DNA from: Octopus sinensis
Taxonomy: Eukaryota
Length of the DNA stretch: 64,000 nt
Assembly: GCF_006345805.1 (NCBI RefSeq)
Contig: NC_043011.1
Location: 34,050,464 to 34,114,463 of the forward strand
Direction of reading: 5' to 3'
Shown here piece by piece: positions 1-12,596 of the stretch; the first letter of the stretch is position 1; every line of letters begins with the position of its first letter. A program made the position numbers and the translations under genes. The notes below the pieces were generated by a model that worked only from the letters and a program-made list of their open reading frames with translations, was not told the origin of the DNA and made no database searches.

Positions 1-949
1 AACAAACTAAACTAAAACTAACAGCAATTTGTCTAAAGCAGAGCTAAGGCAATCAATCAATCAATACTGTTACATAAGCATCAACAGGGTGCAGACTTGT
101 TGATTTAATGATTTCAGATATAAGCAACTATACGCCTGATTGGATATACTGTGTAGAGTGGGCAGGATTGACAATGTGAAACAGATGATTGCTAACATTG
201 CACCAAGTTATGAAAACAGTAGCCAGGTATTCAGAAGCCAAGGCTGAAGTAAACTGCAAAGCCATGTGTATATACACATGTGTGCATATATATATATATG
301 TGTATGTGTAGAATATATGTGTGTACGTGAGTGTTGTGTGTATATACACATACACACACACCACACACACACACATACATACATATATGCATGTATGCCT
401 TCATGTAGATATGCACACACACATATGTAAATAAATAAATATATATATATATACATACCCACACACACACATACATGTCTACATGTAGATATATACACAC
501 ACTTGTAAATACATACATACATATATGTGTGTGGTGATCTGATAAGTTACTTTTTTTTTATTCGCAATGATTTGTGAATATACAATTTTATTGTATAGTG
601 CTGAGCATACACATTCATGTAAACATAAATGTATTATTTTTGCATACTGATATTAATACTACCTCAAGAAGGTTACGAAACAGCTGTAATCATATGGAAG
701 CCATATGAAAAAAAAATCTATCTTTACCTCTCACACCTCTTAACTTTGTTTTTATATATGCTTCAATGAAAAATTCATCACTCAGACTTTCTGATTTTCA
801 GTTTCATAGACACATTACTTTGTAATTGATTACTACATAGACTGATAGCCAAGTCTGTAGGAGGAGCTTACTGTGATAGCTGCGTGGTTCTCTGAATCCA
901 CGCTATATTTCTCTCTCTTTCATATATATATATATATATATATGCATCC

Positions 950-1049
950 ACAGAGGACCAGCTTCATTTTGATGTATGATACATGTTCCTGTGTTGGTAA
1001 TTAAACCTGTCCTAAACAAAATGGCATTACTTTTTGACTCACCCTCGTA
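950..1049. mobile_element. Single Tc1/mariner-type terminus
   Basis: Ends in ACTTTTTGACTCACCCTCG-TA, which reads TA-CGAGGGTGAGTCAAAAAGT on the other strand, a mariner-like TIR. No matching second end seen. Confidence 0.45.
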
Positions 1050-1677
1050 TATATATATATCATCATGATCATTTAATGTCCATCTTCTATACTGGCATGG
1101 ATTGGACAGTTTGACAGGAGCTGGTAAACCAGAGGACAGTGTCAAGCTTCACTGTTTACTTTGGCATGGTCCTTACAGCTGGATGCCCTAAGGGGAATAA
1201 TGTCCCAGTAAAAACTGCAATGACATGGTTATCAAATGGTGGAAAGAGACCAAAGGGTAGGGTAAAGAAAACCTGGAAATTCACCTTCAAAGGTGGCCTT
1301 CGCAGTTGTGGTACAAACTGGTTTCAATTTCCAGCTCTTGCCAAAGACAGAAAAAAAGATGGCAGAGCACAGTGGCCTGTTGCCATGAGGCCAGAGGAAC
1401 GAGAATAGTAGCAAACATGAATATATTTATATATGTAAATATATATGTATCATCATTATTTGATGTCCATGTTGCCATGGGCTAGTTGTTTAACAGGATG
1501 CAATGGGCCCAAGGACTGGAAATTTTGTTTTGTTGCTCCGTGATTGGGGGGGGGGAGAACATTCTGTATTTTTTTTTGTTTATTCATCTAACCACTATGA
1601 TATGTGGCAATAACTATGTCACCTACAATTAATTAAGCAGAGGAGGAATATGAACACAAACTACCAAATAAGTAAAA

Positions 1678-2003
1678 AGGAGCACTCCATCGGTTACGAC
1701 GACGAGGGTCCCAGCTGATACAATCAACGGAACAGCTTGCTCGTGAAATTAACGTGCAAGTGGCTGAGCACTCCACAGACATGTGTACCCGTAACGTAGT
1801 TCTCAGGGAAACTCAGTGTGACACAGAGTGTGACAAAGCTGGCCCCTTTGAAATACAGGTACAACTCATTTTTGCCAGCTGAGTGGGCTGGAGCAACGTG
1901 AAGTAAAGTATCTTGCTCAAGGACACTACGAGTCGTCGGAAATTGAACTCATGACTTTACAATCGTGAGCCGAATGTCCAAACCACTAAGCCACGTGCCT
2001 TCA
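1678..2003 (-). mobile_element. tRNA-headed SINE, family B
   Basis: Minus strand begins GTGAAGGCACGTGGCTTAGTGGTT (A box) and has a B-box-like GAGTTCAATTTCC; a second copy lies at about 63228-63500. Confidence 0.75.
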
Positions 2004-3197
2004 CCAAATAAGTAATTAGATGATAAATACTCAGTTTCCTTAGTGACTGCAGCTATTACAAGGGAGATAATCATTTCTTCATAATATTTGGTGGGATTAA
2101 AAATATGATTTGAAATGAAGGAAATACACATTGTTTACTTATGAAATTTTTACAATTTTTAATTGGTGGTAATTATGTCCAACACTGTTTTCTCATTTAA
2201 AAAAAAACGTTCTAGATGAGAAAATAATAAAATGTATATCTCCCTGAATCTGAACACCTGCCTATCACTTGCTAGACTTATCCATTTTGCATCTTGTCAT
2301 AGCTCTCAAGAAATCTTTTTTGTTTGTTTTTATTGCATACATAAACAAGATAATTTATGTATGCAAGAAAAGTAGCTAGCTTACAAACAGTACTTCACAA
2401 GCAAACAAAGAATAAAACATATTATTGATCTCATTCAGAAGTGGATCCAGCTTCTTACTGAAGGAGAACAAAACATAAAACTTCCATTATGATGTAATGG
2501 CAGACTAAAAAATCAAAAAGCCACTTTCCTTCCAGTGATATCAGTAGAAATAAAATGGTGCATCATCATCAACATCAGCTTAACATCCACTTTTTCATGC
2601 TCACATGTGTTGGACAGAATCTTGTTACAACATTTTTTTACTACAATTGGGTACCCTTCCTGTCACCAACCCTCACCAGTTTCCAGGCTAGATAATATTT
2701 CCCCATGACCAAACATGGAAGACTGGCAACATAAACCGCTTTTATGTCCGTGACACTTGTTTACAACTATCATGTGACATCAAGGCAAAGAGACAGTACC
2801 CCGCACGCACACAGAGTTTCTGTCAACCAAATCCACTCACAAGTCTTTGGTTGGCCAATAGATTTACTAGAAGACACTTGCCCACAATGCCATGCAGGAG
2901 GACTGAATCTGGAACCATGTGGTTGCGCTTGATTTACAATGATTTAAAAATAAGTTTGATGATTGGAAATCCAGATCACAGAAAATGACTTTGACATTGT
3001 AACACTGACACAATACCTCTGGATATATGATTCAGTCTTTATCAAATATTATATAGTCTTCACTAAAATAAAAGGACAACATACACTGCTTCAATAGAAA
3101 TAAAAAAACCGTTCTTTTGTTTCAACTCTCAGCAACACACTTATGCAGGAATCGACGTGTGTGTGTGTGCATACACACGCATATATATATATATATA

Positions 3198-3580
3198 CTA
3201 GCAGTATCGCCCGGCGTTGCTCAGGTTTGTAAGGGAAATAACTATAAAGCATTTTTAGAGAGTTATAGCCAAAAAATAGCAAAAAAATGGAAAAAATGAT
3301 GGTAAATTTTTTTTTGAGATTTAAAAAAGGTAGAGTTGCGTCCCCTAGACAGTTTGTGGTTCGTATTCCTGATTCTCGACCCCATGTCGAATTTATCGAT
3401 TTTTTTCAGAACTGGGGGAACTTTTCAAAATTTTCGCTGCGTTAGTTTTGAATTATGACATTGGGCTATGTGTGTGTCAAGTTTCATCAGAATCGGTTGA
3501 AAGCCGTGGTCAGGGTGAGGGTACAAGCAAACAGACACACAGAAACACGCACAGACAAACTGCCGTTTATATAGAGAGAG

Positions 3581-3582
<2 letters not shown>
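3198..3582 (-). mobile_element. Non-autonomous Helitron-like element (Lep1/DINE-like layout)
   Basis: Minus-strand end is a GC hairpin (CCTGAGCAACGCCGGG) followed by CTAG. There is an internal AAGTTTCATCAGAATCGGTT motif and an (ACAG)/(AC) microsatellite near the other end. Confidence 0.65.
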
Positions 3583-3910
<328 letters not shown>

Positions 3911-4060
3911 CATCATCATCATTGTTTAACGTCCGTTCTCCATGCTAGCATGGGTTGGACAGTTCGACCGGGGATCTGGGAAGCCAGAAGGCTGCACCAG
4001 GCTCCAGTCTTATCTGGCAATGTTTCTACAGCTGGATGCCCTTCCTAATGCCAACCACTC
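3911..4060 (-). mobile_element. RTE-type 3' end with (GAT)n tail
   Basis: Reverse complement of the ...GCTAGCATGG...GGACGTTAAAC(GAT)n module that recurs throughout the window. Confidence 0.75.
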
Positions 4061-4584
4061 TATATATATATATATATATATATAGACAGAGAGACGGACA
4101 GACAGATATAAATATAGATATATAGACACACATACACTTGTGCACATAAATACACACATACATTCATACATAATACATACTTATATTGGCATATATCTAA
4201 ATATATCCACATATGTAAAAATATATAATTTATCAATGCTTGCTTCTATGTGAAGTTACAAAAACAATTTAACATGAAACTGAAGTATCACGCAATACAT
4301 TTTAGTAGAGAACATATTTATTAATTTTTACAAGGGAAAGGACAAAGTGTCTTTTATGTTTTGGCGTACTAGCCATCAACAGACTGTCTGAAGATGGCTT
4401 ATAAGCCAAAATTTCAAAGAACCAACCTTTTCCTTGTGAATATATATATATATATATATATATAAAAACCTTTTCCTGATACATATATATATATATAAGT
4501 ATTTAATAAACCATATGGTATACACCTGGTAGTTTGCCAGCAAAGCAAGTTCACTGGCTTAGTGTTCATTGGGTATGTAATTTG

Positions 4585-5068
4585 TAATTAATGAGAGATG
4601 GAAGATTCGAGAATCTTTATTCATCACTACAATTGTTTTGACTGATCTAGCATTGATCCCTCACAGGTGAGATACTGTACAAGTAGTTTAGGTGTATCCC
4701 TCAGTATAGTTTTATCTCTTAAGGTGTTTAGATATAACCGTTATATCTGATAGATTTTTTGTTTTGCTGTATTGTGTATTTGTTTCTGTCTGTAGCTCAT
4801 CTTTGTTATGGATCTTCTATAAGAATGAAGCTAAATCCCTTAATTTGGCATTTCTAATATAAGAAGCCGAAGAAGAAAACATCCAGAAATAAGTTGTATG
4901 ATAAGAGTTTATTTTAATGAGATACCTCTTGAAATCACCTGAGGAGACACATCTACACTGAGGGATAAACCTAAACCAGTTATACAGTATCCGACCTGCA
5001 AGGGATCATAGATGGGTCAAAACAATAGTGATCAATAAAGATTCTCATATCTTCCCGCTCTCATTAAT

Positions 5069-5070
<2 letters not shown>
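4585..5070. mobile_element. Fold-back element with about 120-bp imperfect inverted arms (4585-4709 and 4953-5070); Penelope pseudo-LTR-like
   Basis: The reverse complement of the left arm aligns with the right arm at roughly 80% by eye. Both arms carry a decayed CTG(A)TGA...GAAAC-AATT-GT-A hammerhead-like core. Confidence 0.65.
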
Positions 5071-5105
<35 letters not shown>

Positions 5106-5120
5106 TCGCTCACTCACTCA

Positions 5121-5939
5121 CAGTGCATTCCAGAGGTTTTGAGATGTTTATTAGGAGAGGCAGTTATAACTGTCCGAGATTATTTTAATTTCATCATATC
5201 ATTATTATGCATCTAATAAGCTGACCTGCTAACTTTTGTTATTGCAAACAGGAGATGGCTGTAACGGTACTCTGAACAACCCCTTACTAAACACTGCCTG
5301 TTAAAGCTCACAAATTTGCAGAAAGCAGTCAGGATATGAAAACAATTTGTAAGCTAACAAAAGCAGCAATAAAGTTTTGAGTTAAACTGGGTAAAAATGC
5401 TTCAACAACTTACAAAATGTTCCAGAGTGCTTATGGATTAACTTGTATGAGTTAAGCAAGTTTTTCACTGGCACAAGAAGCCAGGCAAAGCAAGTCTACT
5501 GGGAAGCTCATGATGATACCATTTTATGACAGCAATGGCATCATATACATCCACTGGGTTCCCTCTGGCCAAATGGTCAACAAAAAGTACTTTGAGACAG
5601 TTTTGAAGGAATTCAGGAAGGTACTTCATTGCAAAAGGCCACATCATATACACTAGTTCACAATTTCATCCTGGTAACCAACTATTTGACAGAGATGAAC
5701 ATCAAAACTGTCTCTCATCCTCCCTACCGTCCAGACCTCACTCACTGTGGCTTTTGATTGTCCCCCAAACTGATGGATAAGATGAAGGAGGGTTTGACAA
5801 GGGTCCTGGACACCTTCACTTTGGAGGACTTCTGTAGGGGCATCACAAAGTGGCTGGAGTGCTACAAGTGCATTGAAGTTGGATCCTATTTGGATCCTAT
5901 TTGAAAACATCTCAAAACTTTCGGAATGCACCTTGTGTA
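5121..5939 (+). mobile_element. Decayed, internally deleted mariner transposon
   Basis: TIRs GTGCATTCC..A.GTTTTGAGATGTTT at about 5123-5149 and (inverted) about 5904-5932. Transposase remnants are KAAIKF*VKLGKNASTTYKMFQSAYG, GKLMMIPFYDSNGIIYIHWVPSGQMVNKKYF and HPPYRPDLTHCGF*LSPKL (YSPDL motif). Confidence 0.9.
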
Positions 5940-5995
5940 TGTGTGTGTATGTGGTTTCTTATGCATATATGTGTGTGTGTATACATATATATATA

Positions 5996-6039
<44 letters not shown>

Positions 6040-6392
6040 ACACACACACACACACATTTATAGGAGTAAAAACAGAGGTAGAGAGAACAGAGGCAAAAAG
6101 AGAAAAAATACACACTTATTAAATATAAAATGTTTCACACAGCAAAAACGGTAAAAACTGTTCAAATCCTGGGTGGAAATAAGACCAATGTTGTCTTTTG
6201 GATGGTAATGCCATTAATAGCACATTGGTAAGGAGGCAGCTAGCAGTGAGAGATGATAAGCAACAACATTGCAATTTGAAACAAAATGAATCAGCTACCT
6301 CTATTGGAAAGATGTTCACACACAGGTAGGAAGGAAGAGCCATATCTACATGTATCCCTGCCACCAATCTACTACGAATGGCATAGAACTAC

Positions 6393-6435
<43 letters not shown>

Positions 6436-6488
6436 AGCAGAGTGCAGGAGGAGGTGCATAGCAAAATAAGCACTTCAATAAGGAAATG

Positions 6489-6636
6489 AGACGATTGGGC
6501 GCAGCTGTTTGGGCACAGATGATTTGACGCAGCTGAAAGGATGTTCAATTTGTTTTGGTGACAACCCATATTGGTACCAGAGGTAAACACACATACACAT
6601 ACACACAAGCACATGCATGCAGACATATACACAGAT

Positions 6637-6673
<37 letters not shown>

Positions 6674-7764
6674 GAACATTAAAATGTCTGATGTCAAATA
6701 AAAAAGTCAGCACTGAATCATAAAGTAGAAAAGGGGAGAGAGGGTGAAAGAAAGAGGGAAACATTAAGATATATCAAACAAGTCAGCATCCAAACAGAGA
6801 GACAGACAGACATTATTTATTGAAGACAAGAGACATAAACACTTTCTCTCTCGGCACACTCACACACATAAAGAGAGAGAGAGAGAGAGAGGAACGTGAA
6901 AATGTTTGATATCAAATAAGTCAGCATCATATAATAGAGTAGAAAAGTGGGCGGAGGGGGGGGGAGCCAGACAGATGGAGGAAGAGAGAGAGGCGGAGAA
7001 AGAAAGAGGGGAAATATTAGAATATGTCAAACAAGTCAGCATCAAATCAGAGACAGAAAGACAGACATTTATTTATTGAACAAGAGTGACATAAACACTT
7101 TTCCTCACCTCATACACATGAAGAGAAATATGTATACACATGTAAAGAGAGAGAGAGAGAGGAAGGGAGGATGAAAAAGAGAAAAGAGTGAAACATTAAA
7201 ATGCCTGATGTCAAATAAATATACTATTATTGTTTTTTGTATTTATATTCGTGTGGCATCGTCTGTTTTTCTGTCCTTGTTTCGTATACATTTGATCCTT
7301 TTTCCAAGAAATCTAATGCTCGTAGCTTAGTTTTTCCTTGGGGCTGGCCGGATCGGAGCAATCTCAAGATTAATCAGCCAAAATTGCGAGGATGATCCGG
7401 TTCTTGACTGAAGATTGAAGGCTTCGAATGTCCCGTCCGTGTTTTTTGTATCGTCTTCTAAATGTTTTACGCTCTTGTCCCAGTTTGTATTTTTCTACAT
7501 ATAATATATATAGAGAGAGGGGGGGGGGAACATTGAAACATGTCAAATAAGTCAGGAGTGAGAAAGAGATAGAGAAAGAGTACAGTTAAGTGAACACAAC
7601 TGATATAAACACTCATACACATATAAAGAGAGAGAGAGAGGAGAGAGAGAAAGAGAGAGAAACAGAATGAAACATAAAAATGTAATGATGTCAAATAACT
7701 CAGCATCGAACCAGCACCAGCAACATCAAATAAACGGCGCCAAATCAGCTATGCCAAAACGTCT
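6489..7764. mobile_element. Putative non-autonomous TIR element with internal subrepeats, interrupted by an unrelated repeat at about 7227-7500
   Basis: 28-bp imperfect TIRs (21/28 match). About seven copies of an AACATTAAAATG.CTGATGTCAAATAAGTCAGCATC motif are separated by (AG)n. A related right-end fragment lies at 31457-31543. Confidence 0.55.
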
Positions 7765-7977
7765 TAAACTCCTTCAATAGGAGGAGTGAATCCTACTTTT
7801 TTGGGTCCTAAATAAGGAAATTTAACCAAAAAAAAAAGTAATAATGATGATAATAATAATTAATAATAATAATAATAATAATAAACAACAACATAAATAA
7901 GGGTAGGGGGACATTTGCCAACTTCCCAGCTTGCGATGTTTTAGCAACATTTAACTTGGAGAGAAGAAAAAACTCAC

Positions 7978-8073
7978 TCATAACCCCGTTAGCGAAAACT
8001 TGGGTGGTCATTGTAGCAGGGTTCATAGACAGTGGAGTCAGCATCATGGAAGACATGGGTGGAACACCCATAC
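7978..8073 (-). CDS. ITSN: Probable intersectin exon, 96 nt, Met/Pro-rich EH1-EH2 linker (MGVPPMSSMMLTPLSMNPATMTTQVFANGVM)
   Basis: catttctctacag|GT ATG GGT...GTT ATG A|gtgagt; open frame in phase 1-1 that continues the Met-rich composition of the previous exon. Confidence 0.82.
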
Positions 8074-8321
8074 CTGTAGAGAAATGGTTATAAAATAAAT
8101 ACACCACGCTACCATTCCTTTCGGTCTTTCTTTCTTTCTTTCATTTTTTTTTTGCTGTTGTTGTTGTCTTAATTTTTTTGGCAACAAGTAAATTTCAAAG
8201 TGAAAGGTTGTGTCCCTGGATTTCATGTCAGTGAGAGACAGAGTGTGTTTGTGTGTGTGTTTGTGTGTGGGTGGGTGCATGTGTATGTATGCATGTGAAT
8301 ATTATGTTTGTTTGAACACAA

Positions 8322-8694
8322 TTATTACCTCTGCCTTAGCGAAGGCAGAGGTATTGTTTTCAGTCATGCTTGTTTGTTTGTTTGTCCATGGACAAGATAT
8401 CTCAAGAACCACTGGATGGATTGAAATGAAACTTTCAGGGATGTTTGGCCTCGTGACAGGTACAAACTGATTAGATTTTGGGATTGATCCAGTACCGGAC
8501 AAGGATTCTGGATTATTTTTCCAGTTTTTTTACTTAATTTTTGAGAACGGTCAGATTCATTTTTAGTATTTTCGTTTGTGAGAGCAGTTGAGTTTATTTC
8601 AGATATTCTCATTTTAAAAATCATCTTCAGCTAATCGTTGAGAGGATGCTGGTGTTGCTTTGGCAGAGGTTTGCACTCTCTGAGTGCTCCTCTT
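8322..8694 (+). mobile_element. Helentron-associated non-autonomous element (HINE/DINE-1-like)
   Basis: 5' ACCTCTGCC (8327-8335) with inverted copy GGCAGAGGT (8344-8352), then a (GTTT)n tract, 3' subTIR GGCAGAGGT (8662-8670) and terminal hairpin GCACTC-tct-GAGTGC (8673-8687). Confidence 0.8.
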
Positions 8695-9522
8695 TATGTT
8701 TATAATTAGATGCAGGTGTGGTTGTGTGGTTGGAAAAATTCGCTCCCAAACCCTATGGTGTGTGGGTGTGCATGCACATGAGTATCTGTATACATATGTA
8801 TGTGCCTGTATGTGTATATATGTATGTTTGCGTGTATGTGGTGATGATGATGACGATGGTAGTCTCTTGTAGTCTGAGAAAGATGATTCTGCAATCTCTT
8901 GCTGAACAACCTGCACAAATAATTTGCTTATAGTGATCAAATGCTTGTACTGCACAATAGCTCATACCCTCCATCAAATTGACATCATCTGTACAGGTGC
9001 ATAGTGTACCACACAAGCATTAAAGTGATTGCAAAGCAACACGAGATGAAGTGTTTTGCTCAAGAACAGAACACTCCAGCTGAGCCAGGAATCATGAGTG
9101 CAACACCTTAACCACTAAGCTCTGTGCCCTCTCATCAGTGTGTTTATGTAAATAGAGGCTCAGAGGTGATACCGCACCACTGTTATTCCCAGGTTTACTC
9201 TGCCCTGGAGCAGTAGAACCTGTTAGCGTCCCAGCTATGGGTTAATTAGCAGATAAACCACTTGGAGTGAAGGACACTTAGTTCTCATTAGAAGAAACTA
9301 AATTTCCATAAAAACCTGAAGGGCAGCTGATCTCTGCTCATCTCAACCTCTGTTGTGACACTGGTTTTATGGCTGATTGCACCGAAAACTATGTTCAGTG
9401 CAATGCAACACTTTACCCACTCAAAACAAATTCCCACACAGGAATTTCTTGAACTCTTGGAAAGCTTACGCAGATTTAGTGAGCTGAGGAAGTTGTGTTA
9501 CTTGGCCACAAATGTATTTATG

Positions 9523-9741
9523 TACGAGGGGGTACTGAAAAGATCCTGGCTTCCAGTAAAAGAAAATACAAGATCAGCTAATTTTGATTCTATACAACAT
9601 ATTCCCCTCTTAGATTCACACACTTGTTGCAGTGGTCCTTCAGTTTTCCTAAGCCCTGTAAAAGAACATGGAAGGTTGGGCCTCCAGCCAGGTTTTTTTG
9701 TGATACCCTTATAGCCAAGACCTTTTCAGCACCCCCTTGTA
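9523..9741. mobile_element. About 220-bp mariner-type MITE
   Basis: TA-CGAGGGGGTACTGAAAAGATCCTGGCT ... AGCCAAGACCTTTTCAGCACCCCCTTG-TA; same family at 19316-19536, 48883-49090 and a half copy at about 14790-14885. Confidence 0.85.
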
Positions 9742-10167
9742 TGTATACCAATGAAAAATGTGGGTGACCAGAGTGAGCTGAGATGTGAATGTGGGAGAGT
9801 CTACTTCAGCAGAGTAGGGATGAAAAGTCACAATAGAAGCCACATACAGACAGCTCACTTGGATTTACACCATACACAACAACATAACAACATGCCATGT
9901 AAGTGGTAAAGTTTGTCTACCAGCAGCAAGCTTGCAACATCACATGAAAGTGTATGGTGACCAACAAGTGACTTGTGTTGTTAGAGACATGAGACTGGCC
10001 ATGAATTGCTTTAAGCAATGACTATACTCAAGAGCAAGGAAGCAGCCATCATAAGTGTGTGTGTGTGTGTGTATGTATCTATCTGTGTGTATGTATGTGT
10101 GTGTATACACATTATATATTATCATCAGTGTTTAACATCTGCCTTCCATGCTGGCATGATACAGGTA

Positions 10168-10210
<43 letters not shown>

Positions 10211-10658
10211 GTTTGTGTGTGCATGTATGTATGGGTGTGTAAGATAGTAAGAATGACTCAATATTAAAGATTTAAGTTGACCAGAAAAATGAACGGCTTA
10301 TATCAAATTTCAACACAATATCTGGATAGGATGTGTGTGTGTGAGCGCATTTGTGGTGTGTGTGAGCGTGTTTGTAGTGTGTGTGTGTGTGTGTGTGTGA
10401 GCGCATTTGTGGTGTGTGTGAGCGTGTTTGTGGTGTGTGTGTCTGTTGTGTGTGTGCATGTGAGGTGCACATGTGTGTGTGTGTGTGTGTGTAGGGTGCA
10501 AGAAAAAATAGTGCGATGCTAAGAAGTCAAAATTGAATTTTGTAAAACCTTTTCATGTTTAGAATTTTTTTTTTTTTTTTTTTTTTTTGGCTGATTTCTC
10601 TTCAGACGATAAAAAGAAATATTTAGAAAGAAAAACATTAAATGGAAGTGATACATAC

Positions 10659-10867
10659 CGCTTGTCATGGCCATTGGCATAGTCATCTGTTGATTGATAT
10701 TCTGACCCATTCCATAAGAGTTAACCATTACTGAAGGGTCAGCTTTTAGACTAGCAGGGAGCGTTTTGGGTAGCTCATAACCCTGTAGTTTTTTCTTGAT
10801 GAGATGCATGGCTATCGAAAACTCCTTCTTGTCCATCTTCCCATCGGTGTTCATATCAGCAAGAGTC
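10659..10867 (-). CDS. ITSN: Intersectin exon, 209 nt, EH1 EF-hand and start of linker (TLADMNTDGKMDKKEFSIAMHLIKKKLQGYELP...MAMTS)
   Basis: ttttttccctcttccag|G ACT CTT GCT...ACA AGC G|gtatgt; phase 2-1; canonical EF-hand loop DMNTDGKMDKKE. Confidence 0.97.
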
Positions 10868-12375
10868 CTGGAAGAGGGAAAAAAACATTTACAGCAAGGA
10901 CTGACAATAAAACACAGAAATTCATTTATCACAGTGTTTTGTCACAGGTTGGCATTAGAAAGGGAGGACATCCAGCTGTAGAAGCCATGCCACAGCTGAC
11001 ACCAGAGTTCAGCACAGCCCTGTGTCCCACTAGATCTTGTCAAACTATCCAATAGAAAATGGATGTTAATTGATGATGATGATCATGCCAACCTTCTATG
11101 CTATCTATAGCCACTCATCACAATGATGCTGAGTGGGTGTAGCAAAGAAGGGTGAAGTGATCAATGTAAAATGTGAATGGAGAGGGGCAATGTTAAAAAT
11201 GAGGGTTGAATGTAAAATGAAGTGGTTCTGGATGGTAAGATAAATAATTGGTATTACCGAAAAAAGACGGTAGGATAGTTCTGCCCTAATTTCATTGCAG
11301 TAGCAGAACACTGCAATTAGGCAAGAGACAAGGATAGTGGGGAAAATCTTGACAAGTGGCTTTGTTTTACATATACACATTATGCTACCAGAACCTCAGT
11401 TTCAGCAGAATGAGCAGGTTTTCTACAGTACCAGATCATCAGTTGTCCTAGTCCTTTGACATCTCCTCCATGAGTTCATAGATCAGCTTTCACTACTTCA
11501 TCACATGTCTATTGATAAACTTATTTTGTTTCTATATTTATGAAAAAGACAAACAGAGCTAACATGTATGGATATAATAACGACCTTAATGGGATTTGAA
11601 CTCAGAATGCAAGAAGTCAGGATAAATACTGTAAGCATTAAGGCATTTCAACCAACTGACTCTGCCAATTCTCTACATTCTGATAAAAATACACCTATTA
11701 TTAAACTTATTCCAGCCATGACCATCCTGTCTTATATTAAGACAATGCACCTAATACTAAATTATCTATAGTGGCCTTCACTCTTTTTTGTCATTGTTGC
11801 TTTTGAATGTGGTTGTTTATTTATTTGATTGTTTTATTGTGTTAAAGATAAATATTTACTTTAAATTTATTAAAAAAATCAATTGAAAAATATAACCAAA
11901 AAAAAAAAGAAAATGAACGAATTCTCTCCTTGGATGTTTTATCTGTTACAAGGAAACTAAACGATGTAGCATTTCTACGTTATTCTTTTACTTGTTTCAG
12001 TCACTTGATTGTAGCCATGCTGGAGCACTACTTTGAAAGGTTTATTTGACCTAGTACTTATGTTTTGTCTTTGTCATTCATTTTTTGATTTTTTAAAAAT
12101 CTGGTATATACTCTATCAGCCCCTTTTGCTAAACTGCTAAGTTACAGGGACATAAACAAACCAACACCAGTTGTCAAGCAATTGCGGAGAAGACACACAC
12201 ACACACACAAAAACAGGCTTCCATACAGTTTCCATTGACCAACTTCACTAACAACCTGGGACTATAGTTGATGACATTTGCCCAAGGAGCGATGCATTGG
12301 GACGGAACCTGAAATGACATGGTTACAAAGCAAGCTTCTTAACTACACAGTCATGCCAGTGCTTAGTCATGTAAA

Positions 12376-12596
12376 TTTACATCTTTAGCATTTAAACCAG
12401 CCATATCTAGCCCAAATATTCTACCTGCTTTATGTGACAGTCCAGATTAGGCCTCTCACACTTATTCTACAATGTCATTCTAAAAAAAAGACAATCACAC
12501 CATCAAAATCAACAAGTTACAAGATAATGCATAATTAAAAACAATGTGAATAAATAAGCATTATATGTGATAGTAAATTGGATACTAAAGCATTAA
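12376..12596. mobile_element. Degenerate TTAA-flanked (piggyBac-like) MITE, family 2
   Basis: Similar throughout to the copies at 28825-29047 and 50765-50992. Confidence 0.6.

Noticed and set aside
2435-2480. Minus-strand acceptor-like site (gttttgttctccttcag) as the next intersectin exon
   Set aside because: In the required phase it reaches a stop after seven codons. No EH2-like exon was found in 1-7977.
4375-4420. CTGAAGA-TGGCTT at AAGCC-AAAA as another hammerhead relic
   Set aside because: The stem II-like hairpin is present but GAAA is altered and stems I and III cannot be formed; too degenerate to call. The CTGATGA sites at 15493, 52192 and (minus strand) about 41590 also lack the required stems.
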